From NCBI GenBank assembly GCA_964016885.1, contig OZ024740.1:240188001-240252000 (forward strand): a stretch of 64,000 bases of DNA, read 5' to 3'. Origin of the DNA: Eledone cirrhosa (taxonomy: Eukaryota). Numbering within the stretch: the first letter of the stretch is position 1; the number at the start of each line of letters is the position of its first letter. Positions 53,675-64,000 of this stretch are shown in pieces. Below the pieces are notes generated by a model. It saw only the letters and a program-made list of their open reading frames with translations. It was not told the origin of the DNA and did no database searches. The position numbers and the translations under genes were made by a program.

Positions 53675-53973
53675 TGGTAAATATCATCTTGGTTAAGAGA
53701 GTGGGACTGGCTTTGTGCAGTGCCTTTGCTCACTATAAAAGCTTCACGGCACAGGCATTGCTTTATATCTGGAGATCTCTCTGCACTTGTCGTCACATGG
53801 TACCATGGGCCCAGCACTATGTGTCAATAATTGTCACAAGTGTAGTGTTTGTACCAGAGTTTTCAAGTCGCTGGCTGGACTAAAAAGTCACAGTCGTTCA
53901 GCGCATCGGTAGGGGTTCTCCTACATGGATATAAAGTAGTGGCCGTACTCGAAAACGAGTTGGCAGCCACCAT
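53675..53973. mobile_element. Inverted copy of the 36927-37224 repeat
   Basis: Direct reverse-complement match. Confidence 0.85.
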
Positions 53974-54296
53974 ATATATATATATACTTTTCGTTCCATG
54001 GAATGTGGGACACAGATGTTTATAGTGTTGCAGACAAGTACATTTGAGAATAGTCGTATGACAGAAGATATTTCTAAGAAAAGGTGAGGAAAAGTTTGTA
54101 AGTGCATCATCAAAGATCAATCATGAAAAGGAAGTAGCAGAAAATAAAAATAGCAAATAGAAAAATAAAAAGATAATACAACTGCAAAAGAGAAGATATT
54201 GTTACAAAGGCGGTTTGCCAAACAAGTAAAAGTCATAGCAGGAGTTCACAATACGTTTAGTTGAAATTGGGACAACTGAATAGAGAAACATATATC

Positions 54297-54567
54297 ATTA
54301 TCATGGCTGTAGTTACCTAATTTAAAGTACCAGTAATGCACTGGGTAATTTCTGGCCTTGTGCCAAACGTAGAAACAATTATCATGGCTGTAGTTACCTA
54401 ATTTAAAGTACCAGTAATGCACTGGGTAATTTCTGGCCTTGTGCCAAACGTAGAAACAATTATCATGACTGTAGTTACCGAATTTAAAGTACCAGTAATG
54501 CACTGGGTAATTTCTGGCCTTGTGCCAAACGTAGAAACAATTATCATGACTGTAGTTACCTAATTTA
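54297..54567 (+). repeat. 81-bp tandem repeat x3.3 (SINE A 3' end plus 28-bp target duplication)
   Basis: Unit starts at 54297, 54378, 54459, 54540. Confidence 0.9.
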
Positions 54568-54654
54568 TCAAATTACTGTTTCGTGAGTGTAACATATACC
54601 TCATCCCCTCATCCTCATCTTCCTCCTCCTCATCCTCATCTTCCTCCTCCTCCT

Positions 54655-56480
54655 CCTTCTTCTTCTTCTTCTTCTTCTTCTTCTTCTTCTTCTTCTTCTA
54701 CCACTTATTCCTGAGAGGGCCGTGGGGACAGGGTCCTCAAATACTCCTTCTTGTCAGAAGCAACTGCCTCCAGCTAATCCGGTTGGATCCCCAAGCGAGA
54801 CCAACCAAGCTCATAGATGTCATCTTGCTCACGGTCTACCCCTGGGTCTTCTGTCTGATTACTGCACCAGCTCCTGCAATCCTTCTGCTTAAATCAACCT
54901 CCTGCCTTCCATCACTCGTGAACACTGCCCAGAGATACTTGAACTTCTCTACCTACTTCAGTGGAACCCCATTCACATGTAGAGTGCACTGCACAGAGAT
55001 ACTTGAACTTCTCTACCTACTTCAGTGGAACTCCATTCACATGTAGAATGAACACTGCCCAGAGATACTTGAACTTCTCTACCTACTTCAGTGGAACTCC
55101 ATTCACATGTAGAGTGCACTGCACAGAGATACTTGAACTTCTCTACCTACTTCAGTGGAACTCCATTCACATGTAGAATGAACACTGCCCAGAGATACTT
55201 GAAATTCTCCACCTGCTTCACTGGAACTCCATTCACATGTAAAGTGCACTGCACAGGCTTCCTTGAGAGGATGAATGTCTCAGTTTTCGCAGCACTGATT
55301 TTCATTCCAGCCGTGCAACATTCGGCAGTATGAATATTTAGTTGACTGAGCTATCAAGTGCAAGTTGGAAATCACCTTCTGTCGAGTTAAGTAACACCAT
55401 GGTGTCTGTAAATTTCAGCCGACTGATTTTACACCCGCCAGTCGAGATATCGCTTACAACCCGGCTGCGCATGTCAATCCTGTTCATGAAAATAATGAAC
55501 AGGTGAGGTGAAAGAACGCACCCTTGGTGGATTTCGACTCCCACGTTGAACCGTTTCAACTTAGCACCATTTATCCGAACACAAATACTTGGCCGTTCGT
55601 ATATAGACATCAGAGCAACAAGGAGCTGACCATCGATCCCATACTCCTGCAGAACCTCCCACAGCAGGTCCCAAGTAACGCGGTCATATGCCTTTTCGAG
55701 GTCTGCAAAACAAGAATATACCTCTTGGCAATACTCCCACGATTTCTTGAAGACCTGCCAAAGTGTGAATATTTCGTCGGTAGTGGTGTGTCCTAAGCGA
55801 AAATCACACTGTTCATCAGCTAGCTTGGACGCAACAATCTCCCTGCATCTCTTTTCCAGACACTTAGCATAAACTTTACCGGGGAGACTTAACAAGGAGA
55901 TCCCTCTGTATTTGGAACAATATCGTCTTTCTTCTTGAATCCCGATTGCTACCTTTCCTATGGTACCTTTCAAGAGATCCAGGCCACCCGGCACAAATGA
56001 GTCGGCCAGAGAATACCTTCTCTATTTAAGGCTTTTAACATCTCGGGCCGGATTTCATCTTCCCCAGCGGCCCATATTTGAGCTCTTTAACTGTTCTTAT
56101 GACCCCAGTCTCTGAGAGATTAGTCACCGCTCCCAGATGCATCTCGTGTACATCTGAAAATGCTGTTGTGGTCGGGTTTAGATCAACAAAGCATTCTTTG
56201 CACCTCGCGAAGATGAACGTCTCTGAAGAGAGGAAAACCCCAGGCGCATTATTGGTAGTAGGTGTGGAGGAAGACTTCTTATTACGAAGTCGTCGAATGG
56301 TTTGGCAGAACATTTTATTTGCTGATCTGAAATCGGATTTCAGCTTAACCCCAAAGTCCTCCCATGTCTTAACTTTGAACGTTTTTACTGTCTCTCCTGC
56401 AATTCTTCGTGCCTGCCTGTACCGGCGCCACATCAAGTCTCTTTCGCCCGTAGCACTCAACAGTAAATACCTAAGTGTCA
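54655..56480 (-). mobile_element. RTE-clade LINE (Rex3/Expander-like), 5'-truncated, decayed, with (GAA)n tail
   Basis: YRGISLLSLPGKVYAKCLEKR, FADLEKAYDRV, HQGCVLSPHLFIIFM; catalytic YADD-type motif degenerate (FTDT). Confidence 0.9.
54923..55256. repeat. Alternating 64/66-bp tandem repeat (130-bp higher-order unit) inside the RTE
   Basis: cactg anchors at 54923, 54987, 55053, 55117, 55183, 55247. Confidence 0.9.
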
Positions 56481-57139
56481 ATAATATAATTATAGCAACT
56501 TACTGAAAATGAGTATTGTAAGATCATTTGTCACAAAATACAAAACATAAAGAAACAAAATCTAAGAAAACCTGAAACCTGGGCCTTTTGGATTGCATAT
56601 TCGGATATTCAATATTAATCAAACATAGATATGTATCAGCACAATCAGGTTTGCAAATATGATGTAGATTTAAAGTAACCTATCCTCCCGAAAATATCGA
56701 TTTCTAATTTAGGTACAAGACCATCAAGTTTAGAGGGAGTTGTTTAAATCAACCAGAGTACTCGAGTGATACTTTATTTCATCAACGCCTGTGAGATAAA
56801 AGGAAAATTTGACCTCGTCGGAATTTGAACTCAGAATGGAAAGAAACAGAAGAAATATCACAATGACATTTATCCGATGATTCACCAATTCTGCCAATCT
56901 TCCATCTTCTGGCTTGAAGTTGGAGAATTCTGAGGTATGTGAGAGGAAGTGATTCCTATTATCATAGAAGGCTGGCAACTACATCAAAAGAGGTGATCAA
57001 GAAAGATTGGACTTAAGGGATTAGAGAACTTTGCCATCATATAGGCTGTCTGAATCTTTCATAGAATCTTTGAAAATAGATTAAGTTTGTTGTCACTAAA
57101 GATCAAAGCACAAAGATGTAGATATTATCAACGTGAAAT

Positions 57140-57850
57140 ATTGATATAATAATTGTTTCTACTTTAGGCACAAGGCCAGCAATTTGAAGAGGGGAAGTCG
57201 AGTAAATCTACCCCAATGCATTACATGATGTCTGACGCTCTACTGATATTGCCTATCCATCGCCATTGATTTAATAATTATTTCTACTTTTGGCACAAGG
57301 CCAGCAATGATTCCAGTGCATTACTGGTACTTTATTTATTTTATCGACCCCGTAAGGATGAAAGGCAAAGTTAAGCTCGGCGGGATTTGAACTCAGACCG
57401 TAAAGGGTCATAACTCTATGCTGCAAAGCATGACGTCAGACCCTCTGTCGATACTGCCAATCCACCGCATTGATATAATAATTGTTTCTACTATAGGCAC
57501 AAGGCCAGCAATTATCCAGTGCATTACTGGTACTTGATTTTATCGACCCCGTAAGGATGAAAGGCAAAGTCAACCTCGGCGGGATTTGAACTCAGATCGT
57601 AAAGGGACGTAACTATGCTGGAAAGCATGGCGTCCGACCCTCTACTGATACTGCCAGATATAATAATTGTTTCTACTTTAGGCACAAGGCCAGCAAATTA
57701 CCCAGTGCATTACTGGTACTTTATTTTATCGACCCCGTAAGGATGAAAGGCAAAGTCAACCTCGGCGGGATTTGAACTCAGATCGTAAAGGGACGTAACT
57801 ATGCTGGAAAGCATGGCGTCCGACCCTCTACCGATACTGCCAATATACAA
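57140..57850 (-). mobile_element. Stack of four SINE family A copies (a fifth decayed to about 57975)
   Basis: Each separated by (att)gatataataattg-like spacers at about 57140, 57266, 57469, 57657. Confidence 0.9.
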
Positions 57851-58344
57851 TGGTTTCTAATTTTGTTATAAGGCCGAGCTGACTTTGGCGGGATTTGAAC
57901 ACATAACGTAAAGAGCCGAAACAAATACCGTAAAACCTTTTATCCAAAGTTCTAACTATTCTGATAATTCACCGCCCATCAACCTTTGATAAATAATAAA
58001 ATTAAAATGTTGGGGATGATGATAATAATGAGCATGATGATGATGGTGAGGAGGGGGAGGAGGAAGGAGATGGGGTTGACGAGAATATGGGGGACGACGA
58101 GTATGATGATGGCGATGAGTATGATGATGATGATGAATACTTAAAGAACATCATCTTTGTCCGTTCCTTTGTTTGTTTTAATTAGGATTGCCTCAAGAAC
58201 GTAACCTTATTATGTAAGAAGCTGTCTGATGATGTCATGGCACTAGTTAGGCGGAATCCCGTGGCTACTGTCGCCATTGAAATATGTATCACAGCATTAT
58301 GAATAAAGGACTTTAACATCTGAAACTACTTCGCATTTTCTTAT

Positions 58345-58453
<109 letters not shown>

Positions 58454-58534
58454 GGTAAACAGAAATAACAACACAATCGGTACAGTATATGGAAGGAATA
58501 TATTAGGTTAACGCTTGAAATAGCAGGAAGAAGG

Positions 58535-58570
58535 TCTTAAGGTTTCGGATACTAGTCCTTCATCAGAAGA
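58535..58570 (-). ncRNA. Minimal hammerhead-like motif in a PLE terminal-repeat remnant between (TG)n and (TA)n
   Basis: tctt-CTGATGA-aggactagtatcc-GAAAcc-TT-aaga. Confidence 0.55.
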
Positions 58571-58698
58571 AAGAATAAGAAATTAGAAAGATTGAAAGAA
58601 CGGGCAGAGTGGAACTGAAAAAATATTTTTAGAGAAAAATAACAGTTCCATTTATGTTGCCATCTCTTGGAAAACTGTTGATGCTGGTGTTTTGTGTA

Positions 58699-58806
<108 letters not shown>

Positions 58807-59504
58807 ACATATATATATATAATTCAAAATTGAATTAGTATCATTCGCTGTATTTTCTACTACAGAAAATAGTGAGGATTCGATTCCCAGGCATACTGAG
58901 GCTCATATTTCCGTTCTGGGGTTTATATGCCCTGTTATTTGACTACTTTCTGCAAGAAAAAGAAAACAGCGAAAGATCTAATTCAATTTTCAAATTTCAA
59001 TCGCCGCCGTCATCTAAACACGGGTGCCTTTGTGTGTGTGCGTGTGCGTGTGTGTGTGTGTGCATGTGTCTGCGTGTGTGTGCGTGTGTGTGTTTGTGCG
59101 TGTATGTGTGTGCGTGTGTGTATGCGCGTGTGTGTGTGTGTCGTGTGTGTGTGTGCGTGCGTGTGTGGATTGTTATGTGAACGTATGCGTACTTGTTCGT
59201 ATGTATGTACATAACTGCTTTCATATTCCAAATACATCTGCTTACAATGTAAAATCACAGTCACTTACAAGCTTTCAAGTTACATGCAAGCTTTCAATAT
59301 GCATTTCATTCTGAAATTCCGAGATAACATTTTAAAATAACAATTTTAATGTTCTATCCTCCCAGTGCCAACAAATTAAGAAGAAAAGAAAGCATAATGT
59401 GACAGTAATCATAGATAATAATCAGTGTTGGTTGCTTAGTCACGCTATATATGTTATTCTGCCTTATATGGACTTGATCAATATATTACATCTGTAATTA
59501 ATTG

Positions 59505-59683
59505 TTTCTACTTTTGGCACAAGGCCAGCAATTATCCCAGTGCATTACTGGTACTTTATTTTATCGACCCCGTAAGGACGAAAGGCAAAGTTAACCTTGG
59601 CGGGATTTGAACTGATATCATAAAGGGCCGTGACTCTATGCTGCAAAGCATGGCGTCTGACCCTCTACCGATTCTGCCAATCC
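59505..59683 (-). mobile_element. SINE family A with 17-bp TSD
   Basis: acatctgtaattaattg at 59488-59504 and 59684-59700. Confidence 0.9.
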
Positions 59684-60206
59684 ACATCTGTAATTAATTG
59701 ATAGTTAAACAATATTATTGTTAATGGCAACATTCCAAATATACAAACTCTTTTATACTGTTACTGATTTCAATCATTAGATAGCGGCAATGCTGTGGCA
59801 CCACCTTCAAGAGATTTAGTCGATCACATCAATCCAATTAATTTTTTGTTATCATGCCTGGTATTTATTTTTTCGGTCTCTTTGTCAAACAGTTGCGTAA
59901 GCATAACCACCACCCCCACACACACGCACGCACACGTACATACATATATGTAAGGAGATTCTGCACATTTTCGATCTACTAAATTTTAATCACAAGACAT
60001 CAGTAAACCCGAGCCAAATGCGAGGACTTCTACGATATCATTGGACCTACTAGAAACAGTGTACAATCTTCATCAAACCACACTACTCTCTTCAAAAAAA
60101 TGAAAGTCACGTTGGATAATACAGCCCTATATACATTATGCCAAGGGAAAGTAGAAGCTGGTCACGGCTAGAATTACTTTAACCATAGGTTTTCGTGACT
60201 ATAGAC

Positions 60207-60487
60207 CAGGCATGGGCAACCTTTTTCGAGAAGCGGGCGGCATGAGATATAGCTCATCATTAGGCGGGCCACAAGCGCTAATTTACATTCGTGCCCACAT
60301 TTAAAAAAGGGCTTGTTTTGATTTGTTTTTTTCAGAATTCGTACACGCTGTTTTCCTCAATCGTAAAAATGATAGAAAGAAAAATTACGACTGACAAGTT
60401 GGGGTAAAAGAAATCAGAAAGATTTCCCTTAGGTGACTTAGGCGAATCATTCAGAAAGCTTCGTGGGCCGCAGGTTGCTCAAGACTG
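60207..60487. mobile_element. hAT (Charlie-like) MITE with 8-bp TSD
   Basis: TIRs caggcatgggcaacct / aggttgctcaagactg; TSD ctatagac at 60199-60206 and 60488-60495. Confidence 0.88.
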
Positions 60488-61779
60488 CTATAGACCATAA
60501 TATAACATGAATCAAGGTCAGTGGTTGTTAACCGAGAGTACGGGAACCAAGGGCTATAAATAAAGGGCTTGATCCCTAGTTTTATTTTCTATAAATAGAG
60601 ATGACAAATTCTTTGTGATTTTCTTCCTGGTTCTGTTCTTGGTTATCCATATATAAAGATAAATCAGTATTGGCGAGACTTTGAAATGCTCAGTCATTTA
60701 ATAATAAATATTATTTTCACTCTACAACTAGTATTGAGTTCTTTATTCAGTGCATGTTTAGTGTACTTAAGTATTTAACGTATAAAAGAGGCACTTATTA
60801 TAAAACTGTTTTTTCTTGTGGCAGCAAATTTCCAGCAGATTTGCTTGTAGTCACACAATCTAGATTGCAAAATATGTCTGGCTTTCTGAACTCTATGTAT
60901 TGTTTAAAGTTTTAATGTGACATGTACAGAGTTTTAGTGAATTCGATATTGATCAAGTATGCATTGTTGCAACATATATGGGCTTTATACACATTCACAT
61001 ACACAGTCACTCGGTCAGGTATGCAGCTGCGGGGTTTATTTTAATGTACAATAGTCTAAAAATAGCAAAATATGATTTTATTCTGATAACGCAAAAGGTT
61101 ATGTGATAACGACGACTTTTTTTTTTCAATTATTCTATAGATTTATACTGATGAAGATGTCACGATTCGTCAACTAATAATAAACATACTTAATTCAATA
61201 TCTTTTAGGAAGAATACGCTGCAGTTGCTTCTTAAAGTGTTTTCTTGCCCATAGATGATTGACTTCAAAATTGCAATCTAATTAAATACTAATTAATTAT
61301 ATTAGTACTTTTGCATGCAATAGCGGGACTCCTTACATCTATGTGGTCGAGGAAGTGTAAATGTTAGCTTTTTTTAAAATAATTTCAAACGTAATTACGT
61401 TAGACAGTGAACATTAGATAAAAATAAATTTTCTTCGTGAAGTATTAATATTATATTGATAATTAATATTATAATTACATTCAGAGTTGTTTCATAGGAA
61501 TTCAATATTTAAGTGAATATTAATTATAGCAATGGTTGAAATATAATTTATAATGGAATTTAAAATTCAATATACGTATCATTTATTGGCAACTTCATCA
61601 TTTTTAACCCGCCTGAGTTATGAAACATTTTTATTTGGGGATGAAATTAGTATTATATTTTCCTGTCTAATTCAATTTTTGGACAAGAAACGTAAATTCA
61701 CTTATGAATTTTAAGTGGTATTTGGTTAGAAATCAAGAATAAAGATAGAATTTACATTTTTGTAAAGCATACTGATAAT

Positions 61780-61904
61780 TGTTTCTACTTTTGGCACAAG
61801 GCCAGCAATTACCCACTACATTACTGGTACTTTATTTTATCGACCCCGTAAGGATGAAAGGCAAAGTTAACCTCGCCTTTCATCCTTACGGGGTCGATAA
61901 AATT
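61780..61904 (-). mobile_element. Truncated SINE A with a terminal inversion forming a perfect 29-bp hairpin
   Basis: Arms 61834-61862 / 61875-61903; TSD atactgataat at 61769-61779 and 61905-61915. Confidence 0.88.
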
Positions 61905-62295
61905 ATACTGATAATGTCAAACCTATAGTATAAATAGCAGACTACACTATAATGAATACGGATTCACCATCATAAGCGCTAACACCATTTATGCAAATAT
62001 GTGCTTAATGTTTATTTTTTGGTAACGTTATCAATGTTTCCATTTATGACAGTCAATCTATGTTAATATCATCATTTATGTGAAGCAATTTATTCTAATG
62101 GAATTTATTAGACATAAAAATGAAGCTAACGAAATATCATTTTCGTCTCATCTCATACAAAAACGGTTTGCCTTCCTGGAATATTATGTTTTATAACTAA
62201 AAGTAGATGCTTTCATGTATTACATGCATTTATTAGGTTTATAGATATTATTAAGACCTATAAACCACATGACTGCTGAAGCAATGTATATACAT

Positions 62296-62435
<140 letters not shown>

Positions 62436-62583
62436 CCAAAGTGTCGTCTTCCTGTCTTCCTTCGGTTGCAACATTTTTTGAAATATTTACTTCTGCGTTC
62501 ACAGATTGACTTTTTTAGTTTCAGAAGATCCCGTTAAGGGTGAACGCAGCGATTCTTTGCTTAAACTTTAATCTGTTATTTTA

Positions 62584-62695
<112 letters not shown>

Positions 62696-62768
62696 GATTC
62701 TACAGGGCTAGAACTGTTTCATTCTTTAGAAATCATCAGGATTCTCCGATTCAACCCGGAATAACGTG

Positions 62769-62951
<183 letters not shown>

Positions 62952-63144
62952 AGCAATAATTACCACTCATCATATACAAGACTCAATAGAATTTACATCA
63001 CTAGATTTGTTGAGGTGAATATTGATTTCTTTCTGAGGAACCAAGCAAATCTCATTCTAAACGAGACGTATCCTCCATTGCATTTGGAGTGGTGAAAGGC
63101 AAAATTGGCTCTGTTGAAATTTAAACTTTTAAAGGAATGAGAGT

Positions 63145-63690
63145 CTTCTTTTTTTCGCCCACTTATTCCTGAGAAGGTCGTGGAGGCAGAGTCCTTAAGA
63201 ACCCCCGCCAGAGGATCCTGTCAGAAGCAGTCGTTTCCAACTGATCCGGCTGGATCCCCAAGCGTGACCAACCAAGCTCATGGAAGTTATCCAACTATCT
63301 TGCTCGGGGTCTACCTTTGGGTCTCCTACCCGTTGGTTTCGCCTATAAAATCTGTCCAGCGATTCTTTCCTGAGACGTTCTAACCACATGCCCACAGTAT
63401 CGGAGCTATTATCTCTCAATTCGGAGAAGTAGCGGCTCTACCTGGAGTGACTCTCTGATCTCCAAATTATGCACTTTATCGAGTGACGTTACCAAAGACC
63501 CTTCGGAGGAACACCATTTTGGCTGTTTGTATTCGCGATGGTATTCTTTCAGACATTACCCAAGATTCATGACCATAGGTAAGTGTTGGCACGAAAATCG
63601 AATCGAAGACAGCTAGTTTGGCTTTTACACCTACCTCCCTTCTTCTGATTACTGAATGCTGAAACTGGCGCATTACTGCACCAGCTTTTA
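63145..63690 (-). mobile_element. RTE LINE 3' fragment, same family as 54655-56480
   Basis: KAKLAVFDSIFVPTLTYGHESWVMSERI..RIQTAKMVFLRRV; shared 3' end ccacttattcctgaga. Confidence 0.88.
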
Positions 63691-64000
63691 CAATTTTTGT
63701 ATTTGGAACGAGAGTCGTTAAACTAAATATTGAATCAATTTCAGTCCATTTATAGCATCTCACCAACCTAAATGACATTAAATAATACATTTATGTGTTG
63801 TCGATAAACCATTTTCTACCTTGAATTATTTATTTAATGAGGTTTCCTAGAAGTTTTTATGGAGTCTGTTACTATTGAAGGCATTTCTATCAAATATTTC
63901 TCCAAATAGTTCTTACAATAATTAGTATTTTTAAGAGCCATTGACGGTTTGTATGAAGATGAGCATAATTAGTATCATTGTTATTCTCATTTCTTCTTTC

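Noticed and set aside
54297-55256. CRISPR-like periodic repeats (81 bp; 64/66 bp)
   Set aside because: Units are near-identical with no unique spacers, derive from SINE and RTE sequence, no cas genes, eukaryotic context
61320-61790. Candidates for USP first coding exon (T|gtaagg near 61336; YALQK-T|gtaaat near 61755)
   Set aside because: No VAxDGS-like motif, and the second has an in-frame stop once the SINE is removed

Overview
AT-rich, microsatellite-dense eukaryotic genomic DNA, not prokaryotic. The SINE families and the density of (TA)n/(CA)n/(GGT)n tracts suggest an octopod cephalopod; this is an inference from recalled repeat families. The only convincing host gene is a spliced universal stress protein (UspA-domain) gene on the minus strand. 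I could reconstruct three phase-compatible exons (48287-48355, 40800-40885, 35157-35441) but did not find its first coding exon. Almost all other long ORFs are simple-repeat artefacts or decayed transposable elements: a tRNA-type SINE (often stacked head-to-tail), mariner, pogo/Tigger and hAT MITEs, RTE, R4/Dong-like and CRE-like non-LTR retrotransposons, and Penelope-like elements (PLEs). The most striking pattern is a series of fold-back (inverted-repeat) elements anchored on (TA)n tracts that carry hammerhead-ribozyme cores (CUGAnGA...GAAA). Two of these are linked to GIY-YIG endonuclease remnants, and two show inverted duplication of their flanking sequence. One apparently intact type I hammerhead lies in sense orientation inside a USP intron. 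A ~530-bp-arm fold-back lies just past the USP stop codon and supplies the first AATAAA.
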